DNA of 56,219 nucleotides from an uncultured Candidatus Saccharibacteria bacterium. Lineage in GTDB: Bacteria > Patescibacteriota > WWE3 > UBA101185 > UBA10185. A model generated the notes under the pieces. It made no database searches. It was not told the DNA's origin and saw nothing but the letters and a program-made list of their open reading frames with translations. The stretch covers positions 1 through 56,219 of the forward strand of contig CAZNNN010000002.1 in assembly GCA_964574405.1 (NCBI GenBank). Reading direction: 5' to 3'. This document shows, piece after piece, positions 33,776 to 44,103 of this stretch. A program made the position numbers and the translations under genes. The stretch's first letter is position 1; each line of letters opens with the position of its first letter.

Positions 33776-35304
33776 AGGGGTAATCCGCCATCAAAAACTT
33801 CTACCACACTCGTTTTGCTGGTAATAACTATGTTTTGAGGAATTCGCACATTCATATCTGTAAGGTCGCCTCCCCGTGGACAAACTACACATTTAATAGT
33901 ACTATGACAGTTAAGAACCTCATCTAAAACCTTTTCCACAATTTTTAAATTAGCAGAGCTTTCCAACCGTTCTTTATAAAATTTGTACGACACTTCTAGC
34001 AAAACAGTGCTTCCCTCCACACTAATGGGCTTGGATGATTTGAGAAGCGCCCCTACAGAACTATTTATTTTTGAAACTTGCGCCACAATTTCCCGCCATC
34101 TTTCTTGCACCGCACTGATAATAACGGTGCTTGAGTTATCTTTAGGTGAAACCTCCTCCGATGTCTCCCGCTCGGGCGTGGGTTGAAGAATTTTCAAAGG
34201 TTTAGGCGCTATACCTGTCTTTGGACTATCTCCATTGGGCTTTTTTTCATCTCCAGAGTCAATTAGCTTAACCACCGCAATCTCTAGCGCAAGCTGGGGA
34301 ATGGAGTAACTTTTTAAGTCGTTTAAGGTTATATTAAAAACCTCCACCGCCTTTACTAACCAGTCCTTAGTTAATCCAACTGCCAAAGTCTTTCTTTCGC
34401 TTAAAGAGCCACTATCCAGGGAAAAGTAGTCGTCCGAAAAACCCATTTTAAGGTATAAAAGATCGCGCAGATATCTAATAAGACCATCCGTCCAAACCGC
34501 CAAATCAACCCCATCGTCAAAATTGGTATTAATTATCTGCAAAGCCTCCGTAGCATTATTGACGGACAGGCTATTAAGAAACTGATGAATACTGTCCGGA
34601 GCATTTAGCTTGGCGTCACCAACCCCCGCCTCAATCAATTGTTGTAAAATAGTTTCCGCATCTCTAAAAGCTCCTCCCGCCATAACGGCCACCTTTTCTA
34701 GCTCCGCTAGCGCCAATTTTTCCCCACCCACCTCAAGATCAGCAATTCTTTTAAGCTTTTCCACAATTTGCCCACGCGTTGGGCGCTTAAATTTAAAAAC
34801 CTGACACCGCGATTTAATGGTTTCCGGTACTTTGTGAAATTCTGTGGTGCATAAAATAAAAACGGCATGCTTGGGGGGTTCTTCCAGGGTTTTTAACAGC
34901 GCATTAAATGCCTCATTGGTAAGCATGTGTACCTCATCAATAATATAAATCTTTTTTTTACCTTCAACAGGCAAAAGCCTAACTTTTTCCTTAAGATCTC
35001 TAATGTCGTCAATTCCCCGGTTTGACGCGGCATCTATCTCTATTAGGTCAATTAGATTTCCGTTTTGCACCGCCAAACAAAACGCGCACTTACCGCACAC
35101 ATCGCCTTCTTTGGATAAGTTGATGCAAGATAGACCCTTGGCAAGAAGCCTTGCCACAGTAGTTTTACCAATACCCCTAGGACCTGTAAAAAGGTAGGCG
35201 TGAACCGTTTTGTCGGTTTTAATTTGTTGCATCAAGGCATCAGCAATGTCGTTGGGTCGCTGAATCTCTTTAAATGTTTGTGGACGGTATTTAGTGTAGT
35301 ACAT
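33772..35304 (-). CDS. dnaX: DNA polymerase III subunit gamma/tau
   Basis: YRPQTF...HAYLFTGPRGIGKTT, IYIIDEVHML and a SRC sensor motif. Confidence 0.9.
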   Translation of the reverse strand: MYYTKYRPQTFKEIQRPNDIADALMQQIKTDKTVHAYLFTGPRGIGKTTVARLLAKGLSCINLSKEGDVCGKCAFCLAVQNGNLIDLIEIDAASNRGIDDIRDLKEKVRLLPVEGKKKIYIIDEVHMLTNEAFNALLKTLEEPPKHAVFILCTTEFHKVPETIKSRCQVFKFKRPTRGQIVEKLKRIADLEVGGEKLALAELEKVAVMAGGAFRDAETILQQLIEAGVGDAKLNAPDSIHQFLNSLSVNNATEALQIINTNFDDGVDLAVWTDGLIRYLRDLLYLKMGFSDDYFSLDSGSLSERKTLAVGLTKDWLVKAVEVFNITLNDLKSYSIPQLALEIAVVKLIDSGDEKKPNGDSPKTGIAPKPLKILQPTPERETSEEVSPKDNSSTVIISAVQERWREIVAQVSKINSSVGALLKSSKPISVEGSTVLLEVSYKFYKERLESSANLKIVEKVLDEVLNCHSTIKCVVCPRGGDLTDMNVRIPQNIVITSKTSVVEVFDGGLPL

Positions 35305-35340
35305 GTCTAGTTAGCATACGGGGCTGGAATAAAAAATCCA

Positions 35341-35892
35341 CTAAAGATTAAGTGAGGATAAAAGGTGCTCAATTCCCTGTTTTTTAACGACTTCAAGCAG
35401 ATCGCTTGGAAAATCTTGCAAAACATACTTTTCCACCTCAAAAGTGACGCGTGTTGCTCCGTCAACCTCAACTTTAGGTCTACCAATTCCTATGCGAAGC
35501 CTGGTAAAATCTTGGGTACTAATTTTGTCGATAATACTCTGTACCCCGTGGTGTCCGGCAGAGGATGAGTTGCGCGATGTTTTAAACTGTAAAGCCTCCA
35601 AATCAACATCATCGTGGATAACTAGCAAATCAGCAGGCTTAATGCCAAAGTAGTTTAACGCTCTGGAAACCGCCTCTCCGGACTCGTTCATAAAAGTTTG
35701 AGGTTTAATTAGTATTATTTTGTCATTACGATCCGCCGTAGGTGGAGAAGCAACCTCCGCGTTGAGCCTCTTATTAAATTCCCAAGTTAAACCCCATTTA
35801 AGGGCCAGCTCGTCAATTACAATAAACCCGGCGTTGTGGCGGTTATTTTTGTACTTCTCTCCAGGATTTCCCAGCCCCACAACTAGCATCAT
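35341..35892 (-). CDS. pth: Peptidyl-tRNA hydrolase
   Basis: MMLVVGLGNPGEKYKNNRHNAGF. Confidence 0.95.
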   Translation of the reverse strand: MMLVVGLGNPGEKYKNNRHNAGFIVIDELALKWGLTWEFNKRLNAEVASPPTADRNDKIILIKPQTFMNESGEAVSRALNYFGIKPADLLVIHDDVDLEALQFKTSRNSSSAGHHGVQSIIDKISTQDFTRLRIGIGRPKVEVDGATRVTFEVEKYVLQDFPSDLLEVVKKQGIEHLLSSLNL

Positions 35893-36206
35893 TTTTTTAC
35901 ACCTCTCGATTGTTTTACTCCATGTGTGGAAACTTCATTATCATCGTCATGGTGAACACCTAACAAATGTAAAACTCCGTGGGCAACTAAATCGGCTACC
36001 TCCTGCTCGTAGGTATTACCGTACTCCAACGCCTGCTCCCTAGCTCTTTCGGTAGAAACTATGATATCGCCTAAAAACTCCCCATCTGCATCATCGTTGT
36101 CAGAGTAATTAAAAGATAGCACATCAGTGGCGTAGTCACGCCCTAAATGCTTTTTATTTAAAGCCTTAATTTCTTTATTCCCAACAAGAGACACACTAAT
36201 ATACAT
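35889..36206 (-). CDS. ybeY: rRNA maturation endoribonuclease YbeY (short form)
   Basis: HGVLHLLGVHH zinc-binding motif. Confidence 0.85.
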   Translation of the reverse strand: MYISVSLVGNKEIKALNKKHLGRDYATDVLSFNYSDNDDADGEFLGDIIVSTERAREQALEYGNTYEQEVADLVAHGVLHLLGVHHDDDNEVSTHGVKQSRGVKK

Positions 36207-36397
36207 TATCCCCTCAACCTGTCGTAATAAATTTTTCTAGCTTTTTCTTTATTTCTTAGTCGCTTAGATTCGCTAGGCTTGGTGTAATGCTCGCGTTCTT
36301 TTAATTCCTTTAAAATTCCGTCCCGCAAAACATCTCTGTTAAACCGCCTCAACGCTTGCTCCAACGACTCATTATTTCTTACTTTAATTCTTACCAC
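36206..36397 (-). CDS. rpsU: Ribosomal protein S21
   Basis: MVRIKVRNNESLEQALRRFNRDV... GGAGG lies upstream of the GTG start. Confidence 0.9.
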   Translation of the reverse strand: MVRIKVRNNESLEQALRRFNRDVLRDGILKELKEREHYTKPSESKRLRNKEKARKIYYDRLRG

Positions 36398-36456
36398 TTA
36401 AAACACCTCCGTTTCACAGTACGCCCAAGGCGTACGGTTATTAAACCGTTAATTTT

Positions 36457-36816
36457 TTAAGTACTTCCACCAGGCTCTTCTTTTGAACCGCCCAAAATAT
36501 GAAAATGTTCATGCTCAAAGTGATTGTACCCCGCTCCGTTATTTACCAGCTTGTAACCAGTTTTATCCAGCCCAAGTTTTGTTATTGTACCAAAAATTGC
36601 CTCAAACATCTTGTCCCAGTAATTATCTGGCGACTTGGAAAATGATCCAGAAATGGTATCCTTTTTTTCTCTATGCTTTTTATCAAGCACCAAAACATGC
36701 TTTGGCGACTTTGGATACTTGTTTTTAATCACTAAAAACTCGTCTGTTTCTAAAACTTTCTCACAAGGCTCTTCCCCCGCTACTATTTTACAAAAGAGGC
36801 ATTTGTTGTCTACCAT
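36457..36816 (-). CDS. HIT-family (histidine triad) protein
   Basis: CLFCKIV...HEHFHILGG. Confidence 0.85.
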   Translation of the reverse strand: MVDNKCLFCKIVAGEEPCEKVLETDEFLVIKNKYPKSPKHVLVLDKKHREKKDTISGSFSKSPDNYWDKMFEAIFGTITKLGLDKTGYKLVNNGAGYNHFEHEHFHILGGSKEEPGGST

Positions 36817-36888
36817 AGGATTATCTTAACCCTCTACTCAAGATATTTCAAAAAGATTTTTAAATGCCATAGGCGCAGTTACGCCCCA

Positions 36889-36924
36889 GTTATTGCGAGG
36901 GAAGCGAAACAATCTCGTAACAGC
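36889..36924. repeat. Repeat family A copy
   Basis: gttattgcgagggaagcgaaacaatctcgtaacagc. Confidence 0.7.
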
Positions 36925-36930
36925 AACAAA

Positions 36931-38361
36931 TCAATAGGATTGACCAAAAACCCAACGATATCTTGAAAGAGCACCGCAATAAATACACTTCCCCGATTCC
37001 TCTCTCTCATCCAACAATTTACACCTAGTAGTTGCTTTGGTTTCCGCTTTTATTTTAGCTTCACATTCCGCACTCTCACACCAATGCGCCTTTATAAAAC
37101 CTCGCGAACTTAGCATCACAGACTTAAAATCGTCGTAGGTATCTAAACGGGCCGTATTCTCTTCCAAAAACTTTTGGGATTCGGCCAACATGCCCGATTG
37201 GATGGATGCCAAAGTTAATTTAAAAACATCACTAATATTATCCGCGGGTATTTTTACCTTTTCTCCGTTATCGCGCCTAACTAAGGTCAACATGTTTTCT
37301 GCCAACTCTTTGGCACCCAATTCTAATCGGATCGGTACACCTTTAAGCTCCCATTTATTAATCTTGTAACCCAATGTTTCATCTTCCCTCTCATCTACCA
37401 AACCTCTTATGCCGGTGTCTTTCAACCGATCGGCGTACTCATAGCACTTTCTAACAAGCGCGAGATCTGTTTTCACCGGAATAATTACTACCTGGTATGG
37501 TGCGATTTTTGGAGGAAGCCGTAAACCATTATCGTCGCCGTGTATAAGAACACAGCTACCAATACTGCGCGTCGTGAAACCCCAACTCGTCTGCCATACA
37601 TGTTTTAACGCACCGTCCTTATCCTGAAATTTAATATCAAATACTTTTGAAAAATTTTGACCAAGATCGTGGGATGTGCAGTTTTGCAAGGCTTTTCCTC
37701 CGGGCATAAGCGATTCAAACGACACCGTATTTACACCTCCAGCAAATTTTTCTGAATCGGACTTTAACCCTTTGTACCCCGCTGTTGCAAAAAAATCGTG
37801 ATAGATCTCTTCATAGGCATTCATAGCCCACAGAACCATTTCCCAAGCCTCTTCGTGGGTAGTGTGAGCAGTGTGCCCCTCCTGCCACAAAAACTCCGTA
37901 GTCCGCAAAAACATGTAGGTTCGTTTTTCCCACCGCACTACATTGTTCCATTGATTTATCAGCATTGGAAGGTCTCGCCAGGAAGAAATCCAGCGCGAGT
38001 AGGCGTCGTACATAATGGTTTCACTTGTAGGTCTAACAATTAGCTTCTCCTCAAGCTCTTTACCTCCGCCAATAGTTACCACAGCCAGTTCTGGGGCAAA
38101 ACCCTTTACATGTTCTTTCTCCTTATTTAGGAACGACTCGGGAATAAAAAGCGGAAAATACGCATTTGTTACCCCTTTAGCTTTAATCTTCTCGTCCAAT
38201 GCCTTTTGCACCAGCTCCCAAATAGCATAACCGTATGGTCTAATTATCATAGTACCCTTTGCAGGACCGTAGTCGGCAAGTTCCGCCTGTAAAACCACGG
38301 AGTTATACCATTCGGAAATGTTTTCTGACTTTTTTGGAATAAATTTTTTTTGGTACAACAT
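36931..38361 (-). CDS. proS: Prolyl-tRNA synthetase, archaeal/eukaryotic type
   Basis: RPTSETIMY, FLWQEGHTAH and a C-terminal Zn-binding domain ending ...GQSY. Confidence 0.95.
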   Translation of the reverse strand: MLYQKKFIPKKSENISEWYNSVVLQAELADYGPAKGTMIIRPYGYAIWELVQKALDEKIKAKGVTNAYFPLFIPESFLNKEKEHVKGFAPELAVVTIGGGKELEEKLIVRPTSETIMYDAYSRWISSWRDLPMLINQWNNVVRWEKRTYMFLRTTEFLWQEGHTAHTTHEEAWEMVLWAMNAYEEIYHDFFATAGYKGLKSDSEKFAGGVNTVSFESLMPGGKALQNCTSHDLGQNFSKVFDIKFQDKDGALKHVWQTSWGFTTRSIGSCVLIHGDDNGLRLPPKIAPYQVVIIPVKTDLALVRKCYEYADRLKDTGIRGLVDEREDETLGYKINKWELKGVPIRLELGAKELAENMLTLVRRDNGEKVKIPADNISDVFKLTLASIQSGMLAESQKFLEENTARLDTYDDFKSVMLSSRGFIKAHWCESAECEAKIKAETKATTRCKLLDEREESGKCIYCGALSRYRWVFGQSY

Positions 38362-38393
38362 AGTCAGGCTACTTTGCTTAAATTATTAAAAGC

Positions 38394-38846
38394 TCACTTT
38401 ACCACACTTATCCCTTTAACCCTATCAAAATCAGAATCAAAAGTGGCAATTTTGTTGACGCCCAAAATCTCCATGCTCTTTACTATCAAGGCATCGCGGG
38501 GGCGTAAGTCGTACTTTGCCATAATCATGGGAATATCCAAAACATGGGTGGTTTTGAAAATTGGATTAACTATTCGTAAACCTGGCAACAAAAGCAGATT
38601 TTCTGTAACTCTTGATAGTCTGTTTAAACTTTTACGATTAAAGCCTGCGGGCATCATTTGCTTCAACGCCTTGTTTATAGTAAACCAAAATTCATCTAAA
38701 ACCAAAGGCACTAGAATCAAGATCACTTTAGTGTTTTCAAAATTACTAATTAGTTTTGCTGCTTTATCGTTAAAAAGATCGTTCAGAATTTGAGAGGAAA
38801 TTACAAAACTACTATCCAAAAAAACAGCATTCTCATATTTTTTCAT
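38394..38846 (-). CDS. PIN-domain toxin (VapC-like)
   Basis: AVFLDSSFV...RPRDALIV...ATFDSDFDRV. Confidence 0.8.
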   Translation of the reverse strand: MKKYENAVFLDSSFVISSQILNDLFNDKAAKLISNFENTKVILILVPLVLDEFWFTINKALKQMMPAGFNRKSLNRLSRVTENLLLLPGLRIVNPIFKTTHVLDIPMIMAKYDLRPRDALIVKSMEILGVNKIATFDSDFDRVKGISVVK

Positions 38847-39078
38847 ATGCATTCTCCCTGCAATAGGCTTTTATTCTCATAAACTCCTCTGTTGACATGT
38901 TAAGTTTTATACCACCACTAAATCTTTGTTTTACTTTGGGTGCATCTTCTACAACCTCATAAGAAAACCTATTCCTGATTCTGGGTAAATGCCTGATAGC
39001 TGTACCACGCACTAACCCGAATCTCTTTGGTATAGTCACCGCAACACTATTACCTATGGCAAAAATTTTTTGTATCAT
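38833..39078 (-). CDS. AbrB/SpoVT-type antitoxin (VapB-like)
   Basis: MIQKIFAIGNSVAVTIPKRFG. Confidence 0.75.
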   Translation of the reverse strand: MIQKIFAIGNSVAVTIPKRFGLVRGTAIRHLPRIRNRFSYEVVEDAPKVKQRFSGGIKLNMSTEEFMRIKAYCRENAYEKI

Positions 39079-39138
39079 AAAAACTTTATAGCATATGTTT
39101 AAACATACCGCAAGATCGTGTTTAAATAACGGATATTA

Positions 39139-40272
39139 TTAAAACAAATTTACTACATCCTTGGTGGTGATCACAACGGTAAGGGCTAAAAGTCCAATCA
39201 TGCCCCATTTATGCAAGTTATTTTCAAATTTTGGACTAACTTTTTTCTTTGTTAAAGCCTCAAATAACACAAAGATTATTCGTCCCCCATCCAAAGCTGG
39301 TATGGGTAAAATGTTTATAAAAGCAAGAGAAAGTGAAAGAATGGCAATAAAGTCCAAAAGTCCTAAAACCGCATCCAAACCCTTATAACTTAAAATTATT
39401 CCCACCACGGAAAAAATTCCTACCGGACCTGAAACCCCCATGGAAACAGGCTCCACGCTTTTTTGGGTAACGGAGGAACTTATCAATTGAGAAAATGTAG
39501 ACAACGAGTAACCTAAGATATTAAAGGCGTGCTGAAATCCAGAAGTAACTTTGCTAATCAAACTTCCCCCGTAATCAATACTAATAGAAGTTGCCAAAGC
39601 TACGCCTAAAAACCCGTTCCCTTTTGAGTCAGCAGTTGGTACAATTTTAACTTCTCTAACGGCGGACTTAATCTTTTTAGTGTCCAAAAGTTTTACCCAG
39701 ATTTCTTTGCCCACTTTATCTTTAACCTGATACCTCACATCGTACACATTAAAAACACGGTTTCCGTTAATCTCCACAATCGATTCTCCCAAACCTACCC
39801 CAGCTTTTTGGGTAACTGATCCTTCTTCAAAACCAAAAATTACCGTGTTGTTTTTAATAACCCTACCGTATTTAAAATTGTAATCATACAAAAGAGGTAA
39901 GCTAGAAGTCCTAAAATTATTTATCCCAAAAAATATGTAAAACACTGTCACAGCCAGAACCACATTCATGGTAACACCCGCCACCAAAATTAAAATGCGC
40001 TTCCACGGGTTAATATTGGCAAAATTTCCCAAATCGTTCTTATCAAAAACCTCGTTTTCATCTTCCCCTGCTAACTTAACAAAGCCACCAAAGGGTAGAG
40101 CGTTAATTGTATACACAGTGTTGCCAATTTTTTTACCCCAAATACGGGGCGGAATGCCAAGACCAAACTCATCCACGCGCACATCCATCTTCCGTGCCAC
40201 AAAAAAATGTCCCAGTTCGTGAATTAGAATCAACAAAGACAAAATTAAAATAAAAACAATCAGGGTTATCAT
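39139..40272 (-). CDS. rseP: Site-2 (RIP) zinc metalloprotease RseP
   Basis: HELGHF, a PDZ-like middle region and NILPIPALDGG. Confidence 0.9.
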   Translation of the reverse strand: MITLIVFILILSLLILIHELGHFFVARKMDVRVDEFGLGIPPRIWGKKIGNTVYTINALPFGGFVKLAGEDENEVFDKNDLGNFANINPWKRILILVAGVTMNVVLAVTVFYIFFGINNFRTSSLPLLYDYNFKYGRVIKNNTVIFGFEEGSVTQKAGVGLGESIVEINGNRVFNVYDVRYQVKDKVGKEIWVKLLDTKKIKSAVREVKIVPTADSKGNGFLGVALATSISIDYGGSLISKVTSGFQHAFNILGYSLSTFSQLISSSVTQKSVEPVSMGVSGPVGIFSVVGIILSYKGLDAVLGLLDFIAILSLSLAFINILPIPALDGGRIIFVLFEALTKKKVSPKFENNLHKWGMIGLLALTVVITTKDVVNLF

Positions 40273-40284
40273 CGTGCAGTAATT

Positions 40285-40833
40285 TTAAATCTGTAAAATT
40301 TCCTCTTTCTTCTTATCACTAAGTACTTCCGCCCGCCTTACATAATCCTTAACAATCTCCTCCACCTCTTCTTTTTGATTAAATTTATCGTCTTCGCCAA
40401 TCTCTTTGTCGCCAAAAGCTTTGTCCACCTGCTTCATGGCATCCTGCCTGATACTCCTCATAGAATTTTTGCAGTCCTCCAGTTTAACACCCGCCATCTT
40501 GCTCATTTCTTTGCGTCGATCCTCCGTTAAAGCGGGAATAGGCATTTTTACACTATCCCCACCTACTATGGGGTTTACTCCCAGAGAACTCTCGCGCAAG
40601 GCTTTTTCAATGTCTTTTAAGAGCGACCTATCCCAGGGAGCAATCAAAATAGTTTGGGGCTCCGGCACGGAAATTGATCCCACTTCTTTTATTTTCATCC
40701 TACCTCCGTAAGCTTCTAGCTCTATGTTTTCTACCAACGCCGTAGAAGCTCTACCTGTATGAATTTTGGTAAGCTCGCCCACAAAAAATTCCAGCGATAA
40801 AGTAAGTTTTTGGTTTAACTCCTTAAAAAGCAT
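40285..40833 (-). CDS. frr: Ribosome recycling factor
   Basis: Full-length RRF-like sequence (...HTGRASTALVENIELEAYG...). Confidence 0.95.
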   Translation of the reverse strand: MLFKELNQKLTLSLEFFVGELTKIHTGRASTALVENIELEAYGGRMKIKEVGSISVPEPQTILIAPWDRSLLKDIEKALRESSLGVNPIVGGDSVKMPIPALTEDRRKEMSKMAGVKLEDCKNSMRSIRQDAMKQVDKAFGDKEIGEDDKFNQKEEVEEIVKDYVRRAEVLSDKKKEEILQI

Positions 40834-40890
40834 CTTGATTATTATACACTACAATTTTACTATACCACCATAAATTGCTAAAATTTACCT

Positions 40891-41112
40891 ATGGAACTTA
40901 GACAAACGCTTTTTTGGGATACTAATCCGGCCAAGATTGACCTACAAAAAAATGCACCGTATGTTATTGAGCGAATTTTAGACTTTGGGTACGACGCAGA
41001 AATCCGCTGGATGTGGAACTACTATGGTAAACCGCAAATAAAGACGGTTGTAGAAAATTCTAGGTGTTTGCGCCCCAGAACAAAAAATTTTTGGGGTCTG
41101 GTGTTAGCCTAG
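40891..41112 (+). CDS. Small DUF6922-like protein (putative antitoxin partner of AbiEii)
   Basis: LFWDTNPAKIDLQKNAPYVIERILDFG... is typical of small ORFs that precede AbiEii-family genes. Its stop is 2 nt before the next start. Confidence 0.55.
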   Translation: MELRQTLFWDTNPAKIDLQKNAPYVIERILDFGYDAEIRWMWNYYGKPQIKTVVENSRCLRPRTKNFWGLVLA

Positions 41113-41114
41113 CA

Positions 41115-41786
41115 ATGATAAACAAAGTTAAAAAACTGCATCTAAACAATTTACCTATCGAAACAAAGAAAGCTTTGGATTTTCTGTCTCAACAAGCATG
41201 GCTTAAAAAGTCCAATTGGTATTTAGCAGGTGGCACAGCGCTAGCTCTGCAAGCTGAGCATAGAAAATCCTTTGACCTTGATTTTTTTACTCAAGCCAAA
41301 AACTTTATAGGGGATCAGCTATTGGCAAATTTTTCAGATGTAGACGAATGGCACACCGATATAAATGAGCCCAATACCGTTTACGGAACTCTTCTTGGCG
41401 CTAAAGTAAGTTTTATTGCCTACCCTTTCTTTATTCCTGCGCAAGAGCCTTTGTATTACGGTTCGGTTAGAATAATCAATGCGTTGGATGTTGCAGTCAT
41501 GAAAATTATTGCCGTTTCACAAAGAGGTCGTAAGAGAGATTTTTACGACTTATTTTGGTGCGTAAAACATCTTGCGCCACTGGAAGAAATCATCCGTAAA
41601 TTGCCTACGCAATACCCTAACATCGCTCACAACTACAACCATATTCTTACCAGCTTAGTGTATTTTACAGATGCAGAAAGCGATCCTGAACCTGAAATTT
41701 ACTTTATGGCAGAGTGGAAAGAGATTAAAAATTACTTTAATACAGAAATGCCGAGAATAGCACAGAGAGTGTTAGAACTTAGTTAA
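41115..41786 (+). CDS. AbiEii/AbiGii-family nucleotidyltransferase toxin
   Basis: WYLAGGTALALQAEHRKSFDLDFF. Confidence 0.8.
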   Translation: MINKVKKLHLNNLPIETKKALDFLSQQAWLKKSNWYLAGGTALALQAEHRKSFDLDFFTQAKNFIGDQLLANFSDVDEWHTDINEPNTVYGTLLGAKVSFIAYPFFIPAQEPLYYGSVRIINALDVAVMKIIAVSQRGRKRDFYDLFWCVKHLAPLEEIIRKLPTQYPNIAHNYNHILTSLVYFTDAESDPEPEIYFMAEWKEIKNYFNTEMPRIAQRVLELS

Positions 41787-41804
41787 TGTTGAAACAGCAA
41801 TTTA

Positions 41805-42260
41805 TTATTTTACTGAATAACGAACAAAAGCGCGGATTTCTATTTTTTCACCTAATTTAACTACGGTTTCTTTTATTAAATCGCCTATTTTTTTACTCCC
41901 GTCACGCACATATTCCGACTCTGTTAATGTTGCCACATCGGTATAATCTTCGGTAGCTACCTGCATAGCAATTTCCTTGCCCAGTTTTTGAAATTCCTCG
42001 GTTTTTGCCACAAAATCGGTTTCGCACCCAAGTAGTAACAGGCTTCCCACTTTAGCGCCAGTATGAATGTAAGAAAAGACCAACCCCTCCCCTGCTAACT
42101 TATCCGATCTTTTTTCAAGCTTGGCTAAACCTTTGTCCATTAGTATTTTTGCCGATTTTTCAAGATCTCCACCTGTTTCTTCCAAAACTTTCTTAGCATC
42201 CATTACTCCCGCCCCAGTTTGTTCTCTTAACTTTTTTATTTGGTCAATATTTATACTCAT
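41805..42260 (-). CDS. tsf: Elongation factor Ts (short form)
   Basis: IKKLREQTGAGVMDAKKVLEETGGDLEKS UBA-like N-terminus. Confidence 0.9.
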   Translation of the reverse strand: MSINIDQIKKLREQTGAGVMDAKKVLEETGGDLEKSAKILMDKGLAKLEKRSDKLAGEGLVFSYIHTGAKVGSLLLLGCETDFVAKTEEFQKLGKEIAMQVATEDYTDVATLTESEYVRDGSKKIGDLIKETVVKLGEKIEIRAFVRYSVK

Positions 42261-43192
42261 TCTACATCCTTAGCCTTTTTTACAAGCTTTTTAACTTGAG
42301 TAACTTTTTTGGTCGGTTTCTTTTTTGTAACTTCTTTTTTGACTTCAACGGAGGGCTTTATCTCCACAGAGGGTAGTGCACCGATACTTTGATCTTCAAG
42401 TATAATTTCCTCTACCGTTCTGGGTGCTTCCGATGTGGTTACCTGGGGAACTTTATCACCGTCACCTTTTTTGGCATTATCTATCGATTTAGCTTTTTCA
42501 TATTCTTTGTAACCTTCCTCCACACAATCGGCTAAGACTTTAAGAATTTTCCCCACCGATTTTGCCGCGTCGTCATTACCGGGAATAACCTTTAAAATCC
42601 CTGTAGGATCAGAATTAGTATCTATCAACGCCACCACTGGCACATCAAAAATCCGGCACTCATTTATGGCGGTGCGCTCGCGTTTGGCATCAACCACCAC
42701 CACCGCCTGGGGCTCACCTTTAAGTCCAACCACACCGCCAAAAAACTTTTCAAGCCTAATAATTTCTCGGTCAATTAAAAGTCGCTCTTTTTTGGTGTAC
42801 ATGGCAAGATCCCCCGCGTCGCGCTTCTTTTTAAGACTTACTAATTTATCGATGCTTTTTTTAATAATTTTATAATTAGTTATAGTACCGCCCATCCATC
42901 TCTCATTCATAAAAAATGCTCCGCACCGCAATGCCTCATCCTTGGCAATTTGCGCTACTTGCTTTTTAGTACACACAAAGATAACTTGCCCACCTTTTAC
43001 CGCCACATCAAACAGATATTCCCCCGCATCTTTAAGAAGTTTTTGGGTTTGATCTAGATCCAAAATATGCACTCCGTTTTTGGCGGCATAGATATACCGC
43101 TCCATTTTGGGATTCCATTTATTAACGGAATGCCCAAAGTGAGCCCCCGTCTCTAAAAGTTCTTCAACTGTTGGAAATCTGTAATTGTTCAT
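42257..43192 (-). CDS. rpsB: Ribosomal protein S2 with a Lys-rich C-terminal extension
   Basis: LLETGAHFGHSVNKWNPKM... Confidence 0.95.
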   Translation of the reverse strand: MNNYRFPTVEELLETGAHFGHSVNKWNPKMERYIYAAKNGVHILDLDQTQKLLKDAGEYLFDVAVKGGQVIFVCTKKQVAQIAKDEALRCGAFFMNERWMGGTITNYKIIKKSIDKLVSLKKKRDAGDLAMYTKKERLLIDREIIRLEKFFGGVVGLKGEPQAVVVVDAKRERTAINECRIFDVPVVALIDTNSDPTGILKVIPGNDDAAKSVGKILKVLADCVEEGYKEYEKAKSIDNAKKGDGDKVPQVTTSEAPRTVEEIILEDQSIGALPSVEIKPSVEVKKEVTKKKPTKKVTQVKKLVKKAKDVE

Positions 43193-43247
43193 TTTTGCTC
43201 TGCAAAAAAAACTTTGCTAGAGCATAATATCATAAACTGTAAGGTAA

Positions 43248-43658
43248 TCAAGCTGTTGGTAGAAAATTGTTACCCATCATCGTGAGTTTTTCATCGTAGG
43301 TAAGAAGTTGGCTGTTTAATCTACGCGCCTCTAGATGAAGATAGATATCTACTAGATCCAGGGGTAAATTAGCAAATCGCTGTAAAAGTTCGTAAACCAC
43401 ATCCTTATGCGAGTCGTAAATATCTACATTTTCAAGCAGGATAATATACAAAATGTTGTCTACAATTTCAGCTCTCTTCATTTTGTAATACTTTTCAAGT
43501 ATCCAAACTACCTCTTGAATAACCAAGATAGAGATAAGTGCAGTTTTTTCCTTTTTCACAATCTGCTTAAAAAACTTTTCGCTTTTGGCATACTTTTCAG
43601 GGTCGTCCCTAATAATAAAACGGAGAATAATATTGGAATCAATAACTACTTCATTCAT
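43248..43658 (-). CDS. PIN-domain toxin (VapC-like)
   Basis: MNEVVIDSNIILRFI...LLTYDEKL. Confidence 0.8.
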   Translation of the reverse strand: MNEVVIDSNIILRFIIRDDPEKYAKSEKFFKQIVKKEKTALISILVIQEVVWILEKYYKMKRAEIVDNILYIILLENVDIYDSHKDVVYELLQRFANLPLDLVDIYLHLEARRLNSQLLTYDEKLTMMGNNFLPTA

Positions 43659-43926
43659 TTGCCAACTCCTTAGCAACAATTTGTGAGGTGACCTGGCTTA
43701 TTTGGCTGTCGCTCAACTTTTTTTTATCCTTAGCCAAGGTTCTAGCATATATGCCCGCTCTTTTGGCTATTATGCTAATAGGATCCCTGTGAATGGGTCT
43801 TAAATAGATATTTCCGTTGGACTCAATATTTATTAAAATTCTGTCACCAGCACCAAGCGATAATTGATCTAGTAAGTTTTTAGACAATGTTATTTGATTT
43901 TTTGACGAAATTTTTGATATCTGCAT
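43651..43926 (-). CDS. AbrB/SpoVT-type antitoxin
   Basis: MQISKISSKNQITLSKNLLDQLSLGAGDRILI. The ORF track extends to 43980. Confidence 0.7.
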   Translation of the reverse strand: MQISKISSKNQITLSKNLLDQLSLGAGDRILINIESNGNIYLRPIHRDPISIIAKRAGIYARTLAKDKKKLSDSQISQVTSQIVAKELANE

Positions 43927-44103
43927 AGGTAACTTATACCACCCCACTTTGTTTTTGTCAAGCAGCTTTACTTTTGTCAAAAGGAACTACTCTCATCAAA
44001 CTACTTTACTAGTACCAACCCACTTTACTTTTCAAATTCACCTTTGGTTTTGTCAAAAAGAAGTATTGTTGATTTATTCGTTTGTACAAGGTATAAAATC
44101 AAC

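Noticed and set aside
34951-34960. A8 run (minus strand) in dnaX, considered as a possible gamma/tau programmed frameshift site
   Set aside because: It lies around codon 115, inside the ATPase domain (it encodes EGKKKIY). This is far from the position used for tau/gamma frameshifting, and no downstream stem-loop is evident.
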